Assembly (NCBI GenBank): GCA_050746185.1
Contig: JBOGLA010000040.1
Location: 117,075-181,074, forward strand
From: Terriglobales bacterium
GTDB taxonomy: Bacteria; Acidobacteriota; Terriglobia; Terriglobales; Acidobacteriaceae
DNA length: 64,000 bases
Direction: 5' to 3'
Part shown: in pieces, positions 29,674 to 38,698 of the stretch
How the letters are laid out: each line of letters begins with the position of its first letter
How positions within the stretch are numbered: the first letter of the stretch is position 1
The notes under the pieces: generated by a model
Seen by the model: the letters and a program-made list of their open reading frames with translations, nothing else
What the model was told of the DNA's origin: nothing
Databases searched by the model: none
Position numbers and translations under genes: made by a program

Positions 29674-30329
29674 CATGGGCTGATTTCTATTTGATGTGCT
29701 TCGTCGTCGGACTCGTCTTCAGCGTTGTGTCGGTAATTGGCGGCGGCTCGCGCTGGCACCTCCCTCATTTGTCGCACACCCACGTTGCTATTCCTCATAT
29801 TCCACACGCCGCCGGAAGCACGGCAAACCGAATCTCCGGGCACAATTTAAGCATCGGCGCGGCATTTAATTTCGCCACGCTCGCCGCATTTCTGGCATGG
29901 TTTGGAGGCGCGGGATATTTGCTCACCCGCTACTCCGGCCTCTGGTTCGTCATGGGCATCGTCCTTTCCACGCTTATCGGCCTGGCCGGAGCCGCAATTA
30001 TTTTCGTCTTCCTCTGCCGTGTCCTGACGTCGGAAGACGAAAACCTCGATCCCGCGGATTTCGAAATGACCGGCGTGCTCGGCCGCGCGTCCGTTTCCAT
30101 CCGGCCGGGGGGCACCGGAGAAATTATTTATTCCCAGCAAGGAACGCGGCGCACCTGCGGAGCCCGCAGCGAGAGCGGAGCCATCGCCAAAGGCAGCGAA
30201 GTGGTGGTGACCCGTTACGACAAAGGAATTGCGTATGTGAGGCCCTGGAGCGAAATGGCGGGTGAGGAACTTGAGCAACCCTCTGAAGCCGTTCTGCCAC
30301 AGCCACAACAAAGAAAGGACATCCAATGA
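29670..30329 (+). CDS. NfeD-family membrane protein (short form with C-terminal OB-fold)
   Basis: Start ATG 29670 follows a GAGGGAGG RBS. Several TM helices are followed by a C-terminal beta-rich soluble domain (GRASVSIRPGGTGEIIYSQQGTRRTCGARSESGAIAKGSEVVVTRYDKGIAYVRP), typical of NfeD proteins in flotillin operons. Confidence 0.6.
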   Translation: MTWADFYLMCFVVGLVFSVVSVIGGGSRWHLPHLSHTHVAIPHIPHAAGSTANRISGHNLSIGAAFNFATLAAFLAWFGGAGYLLTRYSGLWFVMGIVLSTLIGLAGAAIIFVFLCRVLTSEDENLDPADFEMTGVLGRASVSIRPGGTGEIIYSQQGTRRTCGARSESGAIAKGSEVVVTRYDKGIAYVRPWSEMAGEELEQPSEAVLPQPQQRKDIQ

Positions 30330-31216
30330 ACCGCAAGTATTTTGGTCTTCTTAGCGCGCTGCTTTGGGTCGCGCTGCCTGTAATCGCGCTTCGTTACTGG
30401 ATGGTCTGGGACCGTCTGCCCCAACACATGGCGAGCCATTTCGATGCCGCCGGAAATGCCAATGGCTGGATGTACCGCGAGCAATCGCTAATGTTCACCT
30501 TGGGATTCGTAGCCTTCATGCTCGCCGTCTTCTCATTAACTCTTTTCATCATTCATCGGAAATATCCGGTCGGACAGCTTTCCTGGGCCTTACTGGCATT
30601 CTTCCATCTTGAAATTTGGACGATCATCATAATGCTGAATTCCACTCTGAACTACAACTTGAATGGCGCGCCGATTATCACGACGCCGCTGTTGGTGGTA
30701 ACTCCGATTGGAGTTCTGGCGCTCATCGCAATTGGGTTCAGCGAAAAACGCGGTACCGCTCTGGCCGCAACTGACATCATCGCCGAGGAGGAACACGCGG
30801 GAAAAATATGGGGAGCGGTCCTGGCAATCCCGTTGATTGGTGGGTTTTGGGCAGTTGCCGCCCTCCCCGATTCGTCGCTTCGTCTTGCCGCAGCCATTTT
30901 TTGTGTTGTTTTCATTGGAGCATGCGCAATGGCTTGGACCGGCTTTCAGTATTACTTTACCCGGCATGGCCTCGAAATCCGCACCATGGGTTTCCGCCTG
31001 AAATCCGTCCCTGCCGGAGAGATCAAACAATATGCCGCGGCTCCATGGAGTCCGCTATGCGGTTACGGAGTTCGCGGCCTCGGCAATCACAAGGCTTACG
31101 TCTGGGGAAATCGCGGAGTCAAAGTCACCATGAATGATGGCGAACTTTTTCTGGGACACAACGATCCCCAGCGCATCATTCATGACTTGGACGCCATGAA
31201 GCAGGTGGCAAATTAA
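30326..31216 (+). CDS. polytopic membrane protein with C-terminal soluble domain, unknown function
   Basis: 296-aa ORF. Its start overlaps the nfeD stop (ATGA). At least 5 TM segments are followed by a roughly 90-aa C-terminal domain. It lies between nfeD and the flotillin gene. Confidence 0.45.
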   Translation: MNRKYFGLLSALLWVALPVIALRYWMVWDRLPQHMASHFDAAGNANGWMYREQSLMFTLGFVAFMLAVFSLTLFIIHRKYPVGQLSWALLAFFHLEIWTIIIMLNSTLNYNLNGAPIITTPLLVVTPIGVLALIAIGFSEKRGTALAATDIIAEEEHAGKIWGAVLAIPLIGGFWAVAALPDSSLRLAAAIFCVVFIGACAMAWTGFQYYFTRHGLEIRTMGFRLKSVPAGEIKQYAAAPWSPLCGYGVRGLGNHKAYVWGNRGVKVTMNDGELFLGHNDPQRIIHDLDAMKQVAN

Positions 31217-31229
31217 GTTTCGATGGAGG

Positions 31230-31249
31230 GACGGGCGCCCTCGCCCGTC
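31230..31249 (+). promoter_or_regulatory. intercistronic perfect hairpin GACGGGCG-ccct-CGCCCGTC between the membrane-protein gene and the flotillin gene
   Basis: 8-bp GC-rich stem seen in sequence, 28 nt upstream of the flotillin ATG. Confidence 0.3.
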
Positions 31250-31276
31250 CGGATTGGAAGATTAAAGGAGGCAATC

Positions 31277-32725
31277 ATGTTTGGTTTATCGGGCGTGGTG
31301 GAAGCTTGGATATTCGTTGGCCTGGGAGTCATGGTCATCCTGTTCGTGATGAGCGGAATAGCAAGGCTTTATCGCAAGGCTGGTCCCCACGAGGCACTCA
31401 TCGTGTATGGCCTGGGCGGAACGCGGGTGGTGAAGGGCCACGGGACATTAGTGTTTCCCATGGTCCAGATATGCCGAGAACTTTCGCTTGAACTGATGTC
31501 GTTCGACGTGGCGCCGCAACAGGATCTTTACACCAAGCAAGGCGTCGCGGTCACGGTCGAGGCCGTCGCGCAGATCAAGGTCAAGTCGGACATAGAATCC
31601 ATTTTGACCGCCTCGGAACAATTCCTCACCAAGACCGATCAGGAACGCGAGGGCTTGATCCGGCTGGTGATGGAAGGCCACCTGCGCGGCATTATCGGGC
31701 AGCTCACGGTGGAAGAAATCGTGAAGCAGCCTGAGATGGTCTCCGACCGCATGCGTTCCACGTGCGCCGAAGACATGAACAAAATGGGTCTGGAAGTGAT
31801 TTCGTTCACCATCAAAGAGGTTCGCGATAAGAACGAGTACATCACCAACATGGGCAAACCCGATGTCGCCCGCATAAAACGCGATGCCGACGTCGCCACG
31901 GCCGAAGCCGATCGCGACACCGCTATCAAGCGCGCTTTGGCCCAGCGAGAGTCAGCCGTCGCCAGGGCGCAGGCCGACCAGGAACGGGTGCTCGCAGAAG
32001 CGCTCTCCCTTGCCAAGCAAGCCGAGGCGCAGCGCGATCTTGAAGTCAAGCGGGCGCAATTCCTCGAAGTCACCAAACGCCAGCAGGCGCAGGCCGACAA
32101 AGCCTACGACATTCAAACCAACATCATGCAGCAGCAGGTGATCGCCGAACAGGTGAAAGTGCAACAGATCGAAAAAGAACAGCAGGTAAAAGTTCAGGAA
32201 GCCGAAATCAATCGTCGCGAGAAAGAACTTATCGCTACGGTCTTGAAGCAGGCTGAAATCGAGCGCCAACGCATCGAGACGCTGGCTGCCGCCGAAAAAC
32301 AGCGCCTGATCGCCGAAGCCGAGGGCCACGCTTCTTCTATTCGCGCTCAGGGCGAAGCCGAAGCCGAAATCATTTTCAAGAAAGGCGAATCTGAAGCCAA
32401 GGCGATGAACGTCAAAGCCGCGGCTTATCAGGAATATAACCAGGCCGCGGTCATAGACAAACTATTCACCAGCTTGCCGGAAATTGTGAAGGCATTGGCC
32501 GCACCCCTGGCGAACGTGGACAAAATTACCGTCGTCTCAACTGGAAATGGCGACGCCTCGGGCCTTAACAAAATTACCGGAGATCTGACGAAAATGGCCG
32601 CGCAGGTCCCCGCCCTCTTCGAAACACTATCAGGAATGAGCATGAGCGAGCTGCTCGGGAAAGTGAGATTAATCGGCGACAAAAGCCCGAAGTCGGAGGT
32701 ATTGCCTCCCGCAGACGGGAAATAA
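31277..32725 (+). CDS. flotillin-family SPFH/band-7 protein (YqiK/FloT-like)
   Basis: Start ATG 31277 follows an AAGGAGG RBS. An N-terminal TM is followed by an SPFH domain, then a long Glu/Ala/Gln-rich coiled-coil flotillin repeat region (AEAQRDLEVKRAQFLEV ...). Confidence 0.85.
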   Translation: MFGLSGVVEAWIFVGLGVMVILFVMSGIARLYRKAGPHEALIVYGLGGTRVVKGHGTLVFPMVQICRELSLELMSFDVAPQQDLYTKQGVAVTVEAVAQIKVKSDIESILTASEQFLTKTDQEREGLIRLVMEGHLRGIIGQLTVEEIVKQPEMVSDRMRSTCAEDMNKMGLEVISFTIKEVRDKNEYITNMGKPDVARIKRDADVATAEADRDTAIKRALAQRESAVARAQADQERVLAEALSLAKQAEAQRDLEVKRAQFLEVTKRQQAQADKAYDIQTNIMQQQVIAEQVKVQQIEKEQQVKVQEAEINRREKELIATVLKQAEIERQRIETLAAAEKQRLIAEAEGHASSIRAQGEAEAEIIFKKGESEAKAMNVKAAAYQEYNQAAVIDKLFTSLPEIVKALAAPLANVDKITVVSTGNGDASGLNKITGDLTKMAAQVPALFETLSGMSMSELLGKVRLIGDKSPKSEVLPPADGK

Positions 32726-32778
32726 TCCGAGAACCGTGAACTAAGAACAACTGATCTTTTCACAACAAGGAGTCCATC

Positions 32779-33438
32779 ATGGCATTACTAGAGAGAGTAT
32801 CAACGTTAGTCCGGGCCAACCTCAATGACATCATTGACAAGGCTGAACATCCGGAAAAGATGATTAAGCAGGTCATCCTCGACATGCAGAACCAGCTCCT
32901 GCAAGTTAAAACGCAGGTGGCCATCGCCATCGCCGATCAGCATCTGCTCGATAAGAAGCGCAAGGAAAACGAAGACAAAGTCGCGGAGTGGATGCGCAAA
33001 GCCGAACTCGCCGTTGACAAGAAGCAGGACGATCTTGCCCGCGCCGCCCTTCAGCGCGTCGAGAGCTATCGCGACCTGAGTGAAGGCTATGCCCAGCAGC
33101 TCACCGATCAAAAGGCGCAAGTCGAGAATCTGAAGACCGCGCTGCGCCAGCTTGAGCAGAAGCTGACTGAGGCGCAAGCCAAAGCTGATTTACTTATCGC
33201 TCAACACCGGCGGGCTCGGGCAGTCTCCAAAGCCAGCGACGCAAAGATGGCGTCTGGCAACGGATCAAGCGTGGCCGCCTTCGACCGCATGAAGCACAAG
33301 GTGGCGCACGCGGAAGCGTCCAGCCATGCCAAATCCGAGATCGCCGCCGACGACATGGAAGACCGTCTCGCCGCGCTGGAGAAAGAAGACCGCATCGAAC
33401 AATTGCTGGTGGAATTGAAGGCCAAGCGCGGGGCGTAG
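32779..33438 (+). CDS. pspA: PspA/IM30-family protein (phage-shock protein A-like)
   Basis: 219-aa ORF. MALLERVSTLVRANLNDIIDKAEHPEKMIKQVILDMQNQL is the canonical PspA/Vipp1 N-terminus. The rest is coiled-coil. Confidence 0.85.
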   Translation: MALLERVSTLVRANLNDIIDKAEHPEKMIKQVILDMQNQLLQVKTQVAIAIADQHLLDKKRKENEDKVAEWMRKAELAVDKKQDDLARAALQRVESYRDLSEGYAQQLTDQKAQVENLKTALRQLEQKLTEAQAKADLLIAQHRRARAVSKASDAKMASGNGSSVAAFDRMKHKVAHAEASSHAKSEIAADDMEDRLAALEKEDRIEQLLVELKAKRGA

Positions 33439-33662
33439 ATTGTTGCCCGTGCGGCGCGGGTGGCTCCTTCGACTTCGCTCAGGACAGGCTCCCGCCCGCG
33501 TGCCGTTCATTCTTGGTAGGTAGCCATTCCATGCAGCCGAGGCCCCGTCAGGCGCGCTTTTCGCGTAGTGGGTGGGAGAAATCACCGCATCACTAACGAC
33601 TACTTTCGTCAGGCATCCCTGCTAGAGTTTTGACTTGACTATCTCGGAACTAATGCGTCGCG

Positions 33663-33932
33663 CTAGTTCGGGCAGCGGAGCCCGTAATCTTGGCCAAGCT
33701 CGAATGACCCACCCTGCCGGAGTCTGACCGTGCGGAATCCCACCTTGCACAAATCCCTCGTCCATTCAGGCAGGATGCTATTAATGAACTGCACACGAGT
33801 GGCGGTGTCCTTAAACATCTCGGAATCCAAATTCAATTCATGCCCGCTATTCGCACCCTCGCCGTGCACCCACACGTTAATGTCATAACCCATTCCGGTG
33901 AGCCTCTGCTGTAGATTGACAGGATCGGACAT
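33663..33932 (-). CDS. hypothetical protein (89 aa)
   Basis: ORF-level only. It diverges from, and its 5' end overlaps by 35 nt, the downstream-strand nuclease-like ORF, so one of the two starts is probably wrong. Confidence 0.2.
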   Translation of the reverse strand: MSDPVNLQQRLTGMGYDINVWVHGEGANSGHELNLDSEMFKDTATRVQFINSILPEWTRDLCKVGFRTVRLRQGGSFELGQDYGLRCPN

Positions 33933-35010
33933 TCGTCAGGCTATAGCCAATCTTCCCAAGAACCGTGCGTACAACTACATCTCGCCCAGAACCCGCACCA
34001 AGATTGAAATCGTCAACGCTGCCCCACCTGAAGGGCCAATCACGATCAAGCGGTACAATCCGTCGAAAGGCCAAACTCCAAAGGCGGCTAAAGTAGAAAC
34101 GATTTCGGCTGCGATGATCCGGCGAGTTGCACACGCAATTAGTGAGGGCGTCCCGATCAACATTGACCGCATTCTCGGTGCAAGTTACAACACACGTTCG
34201 GCATTGGAAGCGCTGTTGGCACACACACCGCAGTTCCAGTATTGCTATCCGGGGCGAATTGAATTTGGTGAGTCGTCGACTGAAATCAGAAAAGGCCACA
34301 AGCACCTGATGTGGCTTCCAAATGAGCCGCACAAGGCGGGGGTGACCCTTTACCGAGACGTCAAGGACATGACCATCTCTGAGATTCCGTCGAGAGATGC
34401 GGTCTATGAAGCTCTCGTCTTACCCGCCGAAGCGATATCGACCGGACCCGTCGAAGCCGCGCCCCCGCCCGAAGTCCAGCGGCGTCATGCGCAGATTCAG
34501 ATTGCACTTGTCGAAATCGGCAGGCAACTTGGGTTCAAAACGTGGGTCGCCCAGAATGACAAAGCCATTATGTACAAGGGCAAAAAGCTCGGCGAGATGG
34601 ATGGCGTTGTCGTGAGGCTCGAAGATGTGCAACTCCTGCAGGCGTACAACGACGCCGTTAAAGCGGCATTGTTGATCGATGTCGTGTGGTTCCGAAATGC
34701 AAAATTTATGCCTGCAGTGATCGAGATTGAGCATACAACGGGCGTTACCAGCGGTCTGACAAGAATGCAGAATTTTAAAGACCGAATCCCGCCATTTCCG
34801 ACACGGTGGGTTATCGCCGCAGCAGACGAGGACCGGGACAAGGTGATGCAGGAATGCAATAAGCCACAGTTTAGAGGCCTGAACGCACAGTTTCTTGCCT
34901 ACTCCTCCGTCGATGAATTGTATTCGCTGTGTCAGAGAAGAAAGATAAAGGGCGTGAACGACGATTTTCTCGATTGCTTCATGGAGCCTTGCCTGCCAGC
35001 ATTGCAGTGA
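33898..35010 (+). CDS. putative restriction-endonuclease-like protein linked to vsr (function unassigned)
   Basis: 370-aa ORF (GTG/TTG start region, no early ATG), lower GC than flanks. Its stop lies 8 nt before the vsr ATG. No m5C-MTase motifs (no PCQ, ENV or FxGxGG). The D...IDVVWF...AVIEIEH segment may be a degenerate PD-(D/E)xK core. Confidence 0.35.
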   Translation: MSLCCRLTGSDIRQAIANLPKNRAYNYISPRTRTKIEIVNAAPPEGPITIKRYNPSKGQTPKAAKVETISAAMIRRVAHAISEGVPINIDRILGASYNTRSALEALLAHTPQFQYCYPGRIEFGESSTEIRKGHKHLMWLPNEPHKAGVTLYRDVKDMTISEIPSRDAVYEALVLPAEAISTGPVEAAPPPEVQRRHAQIQIALVEIGRQLGFKTWVAQNDKAIMYKGKKLGEMDGVVVRLEDVQLLQAYNDAVKAALLIDVVWFRNAKFMPAVIEIEHTTGVTSGLTRMQNFKDRIPPFPTRWVIAAADEDRDKVMQECNKPQFRGLNAQFLAYSSVDELYSLCQRRKIKGVNDDFLDCFMEPCLPALQ

Positions 35011-35018
35011 GAGTCCGA

Positions 35019-35432
35019 ATGGACACAATTAGCCGAGAGCGCCGTAGTGAGAACATGCGGCGTATACGTGGGAAAAATACCAAGCCGGAACTCATCGTTC
35101 GGAGAGAATTGTTCAGGATGGGGTTTCGCTACCGTCTGCACGGCACCAAACTTCCGGGCAAACCGGATGTCGTCTTCCCGAAGCAGCGGAAGGCTATTTT
35201 CATTCATGGCTGTTTTTGGCACAACCATTCGTACAAGCACTGCAAGATTGCGCGCCTTCCAAAAACAAATTCAGGATACTGGGCTGAAAAATTAAGCCGG
35301 AACGTCGAGCGCGATATGGCTCGCCGTGCCGAATTACGACGGCTTGGATGGAAAGTACTTGTCGTCTGGGAATGCCAGTCGAAGTCAATCGAGACACACC
35401 TCGGCCGAATACGCCGATTTTTACAAGAGTGA
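35019..35432 (+). CDS. vsr: very-short-patch-repair (Vsr) endonuclease
   Basis: 138-aa ORF. RSENMRRIRGKNTKPE, GKPDVVFPKQRKAIFIHGCFWHNH and LGWKVLVVWECQ match E. coli Vsr essentially motif-for-motif. Confidence 0.85.
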   Translation: MDTISRERRSENMRRIRGKNTKPELIVRRELFRMGFRYRLHGTKLPGKPDVVFPKQRKAIFIHGCFWHNHSYKHCKIARLPKTNSGYWAEKLSRNVERDMARRAELRRLGWKVLVVWECQSKSIETHLGRIRRFLQE

Positions 35433-36031
35433 GAAAGAATATCGACTGTCGCTTGGTGCCCCAGCTTCGCGCCGCACTTTAGCGCTAACCTCGGAATCCT
35501 ATACTGTCGGACGTGACGGGTGTCAGTTTTTTTCGTGCCGAGTGGTCAGCTGGGTTTTCATGAATCCGGGCAGTCCCACTTTCCTGACGTTCAGTTGTTA
35601 TCACCGCCGCTTGGCTTGCCGAGAGCTTAGGATGGTCTCGGGGGAAAATACGACGTGATGTCGGCGGCGCTGCTTCCCACCCTTTCTTTGTGAATAATGT
35701 TGGCAAAAGGCGTCGACCAAGCGCCCTCGACTTCATGTTTGTTGGTCAAATTTCAAAAAAAGAAGGCGAAAAATCCCATAATACGATCGGCGCAAATTCC
35801 CACCGGTCGAAAATCACGACGGGATGGGGAATCCGAAGTTCAGGTTGCTTTCGGGGAGTTCAAAATCTGTCAGGGGTGAGCCAGCCTCCCGAGGCGATTG
35901 GCGGACGCAAGTCGTTGGAGGAGGGCCATTACTGAGTTATCCGTACAGTATAATTTCCGGCAATTTCAAGCCGGCGGTTTAGAGGCGTCGTGCTAGCATC
36001 GTCACGTTGCATGACTAACCGGAGCAGTTTT

Positions 36032-36418
36032 ATGAGTACGCGGATTCTCATAATTGACGACAGTCCTCTGGTACGCCAGCGGCTTCGAGAGATGTTGCAA
36101 CAACATTCGGAATGGGAAGTGTGCGGCGAAGCGTCGAATGGCCGCGATGCGCTGGAGAAGGTGCAACTCGCGCAGCCTGATCTCATTGTGCTGGATTTTT
36201 TGATGCCCGGGATGGACGGCCTTCAGACGGCGCGCGAGATTGGAAAACTTGTTCCATCCATTCCGATTCTGATGTTCACGATGCATCTATCCAAGCAATT
36301 AGTAGAAGAAGCGCGGAACGCGGGGATTCGTGGTGCAGTTCCAAAGTCCGATGCAGGGCGGATTATTGAGGGCGTGGAAGCGCTGCTTCGAAATGAGCCG
36401 TACTTCTCGCTAAATTAG
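36032..36418 (+). CDS. single-domain (receiver-only) response regulator, CheY-like
   Basis: Start ATG 36032 follows GGAG. RILIIDDSPLVRQRL ... DLIVLDFLMPGMDGL ... PILMFT, with no output domain. Confidence 0.75.
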   Translation: MSTRILIIDDSPLVRQRLREMLQQHSEWEVCGEASNGRDALEKVQLAQPDLIVLDFLMPGMDGLQTAREIGKLVPSIPILMFTMHLSKQLVEEARNAGIRGAVPKSDAGRIIEGVEALLRNEPYFSLN

Positions 36419-36462
36419 CGCTCCCGCGGCCGGAAATTCGCTTTCTTTGTGAAGCGCTCCGC

Positions 36463-37824
36463 TCAGCCCTTTACTATTTTTTCCCCGCCTCCATCCCAAA
36501 CTGCGATTGTCTTGTTGAAATAAGCATAGTTTGCCAGATGGCAGCCGATGGCCGCGCGGTTGCCGAATTCCTCATTCTCGACCGGCTTTTTGCGGGTTCG
36601 AACGGAATTAAAGAAGTTCGCCTGATGATCGGACACGTCGCTGTAGCCGGCGGGCACGCCATAGGTCTCAACATTTTCGTCAGTTTTGTAATTCAGCGGA
36701 GCAGGCATGGGATGATCGGCCTGCCATTTTTCCAGATACTCCATTCGCATTTGTTGCGGCCATCCGTAGATCGAGTAAGACTCAGGCTGTGGGCGCGTGT
36801 CTTGAGGGCGGTAGGTCAAGGTGGAGTCTTTAATGATCATCGTCCCTTTGGTTCCATAGAACGCAATGAATTCGCCGCCCTCATTGTTGAGGTTGCAGCG
36901 CACGGCGAGGCGGAAGCCGGGATAATCGTAGAAGGTGTCTATGAGGTCGGGGAAATCGCGGCCATCCTTCCAACGGAAAAGGCCACCGGTGGACTGCGCG
37001 CGCTCGGCGGCGGTGTTGGTTCCGGTGATGAAGTGGACTCCAGAAATCAGGTGAACGAAAAGATCGCCGGCCAAACCTTCTCCATAATCCGTAAAGCAGC
37101 GCCAGCGGAAAAAGCGAACGGGATCGAACGGCCGTTTCGGAGCGTCCACCAGGAAAGCGTTCCAGTCAATAGTTTGCTCGCTCGCGTCGGGAGGAATGGG
37201 ATAGACCCATGCGCCGCTGGCGGTGTTGCGGTCCCAATAGGCTTCGATGAAACACACATCGCCGAGCTTTCCGGAATCGTAGATTTCTTTGGCCTTGGCG
37301 TAAAGGATGGAACTAACACGTTGGCTGCCGATTTGAACGATGCGGTTCGCTTTATGCGCGGCTTCAATCATGGCGAAACCATCGTCCACGGTGTGCGACA
37401 TCGGTTTTTCGCAATAGATATCTTTTCCGGCGGCGCAGGCGTCGAGGAACACCCTGCGGTGCTGATGGTCGGTGACGGCGATGATCACGGCGTCAACGTC
37501 TTTGCGATCGAGAATTTCTTTGTAGTTGCGCGTCGCCGGAACATTTTTCTTTACCGATTCCTGGGCCGCGGTGTGGCGCGAGTCGTAGAGATCGCAAACC
37601 GCAACGCACTCGACGCCGGGAACGCGCAGCGTTGCCTGAAGCAATTCGCAGCCTCGTACGCCGGTCCCAATCGAGGCAAAGCGGACGGTGTCGCTGGGCG
37701 ACATCTGGGGGGAAGCAGCCCATAGCCGGGCAGGTTCCAGCAGCGTGAACTTCGCGCCGGCACCGGCCAAAGCAGCCCCGGTTCCAATCTGCATGAAGCG
37801 ACGCCGAGTCCAAGAATTGTTCAT
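36463..37824 (-). CDS. Gfo/Idh/MocA-family oxidoreductase with twin-arginine (TAT) signal
   Basis: 453-aa ORF. The N-terminus RRRFMQIGTGAALAGAGA is a TAT motif. A Rossmann motif (FASIGTGVRG) and a GFO_IDH_MocA core follow. Confidence 0.85.
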   Translation of the reverse strand: MNNSWTRRRFMQIGTGAALAGAGAKFTLLEPARLWAASPQMSPSDTVRFASIGTGVRGCELLQATLRVPGVECVAVCDLYDSRHTAAQESVKKNVPATRNYKEILDRKDVDAVIIAVTDHQHRRVFLDACAAGKDIYCEKPMSHTVDDGFAMIEAAHKANRIVQIGSQRVSSILYAKAKEIYDSGKLGDVCFIEAYWDRNTASGAWVYPIPPDASEQTIDWNAFLVDAPKRPFDPVRFFRWRCFTDYGEGLAGDLFVHLISGVHFITGTNTAAERAQSTGGLFRWKDGRDFPDLIDTFYDYPGFRLAVRCNLNNEGGEFIAFYGTKGTMIIKDSTLTYRPQDTRPQPESYSIYGWPQQMRMEYLEKWQADHPMPAPLNYKTDENVETYGVPAGYSDVSDHQANFFNSVRTRKKPVENEEFGNRAAIGCHLANYAYFNKTIAVWDGGGEKIVKG

Positions 37825-37889
37825 AGATATCCATCCTCCGGAACTGACTTCCAGTTCCTATTTTTAATTTAGGAATTGCAACCGAGGGA

Positions 37890-38306
37890 TTATTGCACAG
37901 TAGGCGAGCTATAGCTTAAGTTTTGAGCGGAAGTTTCGGGAGGGCCGAAGGCAGCTTCCAAAGCTTTGACTAGTTCGGTGGAATCTGTTTTGGATACCAC
38001 CTTCCAAATCCCGGCCCACATCAATTCTCTTTTCAAGAATTGATCTTTGCTGAAGTTGGTAAACATGATCAACGGGACTTCCGGCAAAAGCCGTTTCAGG
38101 ATGGCGGCGGTTTCGAGGCCATCGAGCTCAGGCATGGACATATCCAGCACAATTGCGTCCGGGTTCAATTCCTTTGCCTTTCGGACTCCTTCCTCCCCGT
38201 TGGGGGCTTCGCCACAAACTGTCCAACCGGGTTTGGTTGTCAGCAGCCGGCGCAAAGTGCGTCGAACGATGGCACTGTCGTCAATGATCAGAATGGAGAT
38301 CGGCAT
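37890..38306 (-). CDS. single-domain (receiver-only) response regulator, paralogue of 36032-36418
   Basis: Start set at MPISILIIDD (ATG 38306-38304); the raw ORF extends to 38387. ILIIDDSAIVRRTL ... AIVLDMSMPELDGL ... PLIMFT is closely parallel to the other receiver gene. Confidence 0.7.
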   Translation of the reverse strand: MPISILIIDDSAIVRRTLRRLLTTKPGWTVCGEAPNGEEGVRKAKELNPDAIVLDMSMPELDGLETAAILKRLLPEVPLIMFTNFSKDQFLKRELMWAGIWKVVSKTDSTELVKALEAAFGPPETSAQNLSYSSPTVQ

Positions 38307-38698
38307 ATATTCGGTTCCCAGTTCCCCGTTCGACAATGCGCCTTGCGAAGATGGCGGCGCAATAGGGTGTTGTAGGTATTTAGACAATGAAAGGAACGAA
38401 TAATGCCCGGTGGAAAGGGTTCAAAGGCGGCGGACAAAGTCTGCCCTGAGCGAAGTCGAAGGGAGTGTCCACCCCCACACGGTCAGACGGGCGAACTGTC
38501 ATAGGCATCGAAACCTTCGGAATCTTTGGGTTCGCTGAAGCCGGCGAATTGCAGCCCGGATTCCATGAAACCTCCTAAAGAAACTCTGAACAAGTTCCGA
38601 AAAGAAACAGCAGGTTTCTCGACTTCGCACAATTACCCGTAAACCGGCAATTTGTGCTGCGCTCGAAATGACAGAGTGTAGTATTAATCAGAGTTTTC

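Noticed and set aside
33441-33900. A search for a degraded m5C methyltransferase remnant divergent from the Vsr-linked nuclease-like gene
   Set aside because: No PCQ, ENV or FxGxGG motif fragments are seen in any frame. The only ORF, 89 aa on the minus strand, has no MTase similarity.
36538-37725. 395-aa plus-strand ORF across the Gfo/Idh/MocA gene
   Set aside because: It is antisense to a gene with clear TAT signal and Rossmann motifs, and its translation is Gly/Ala/Arg low-complexity.
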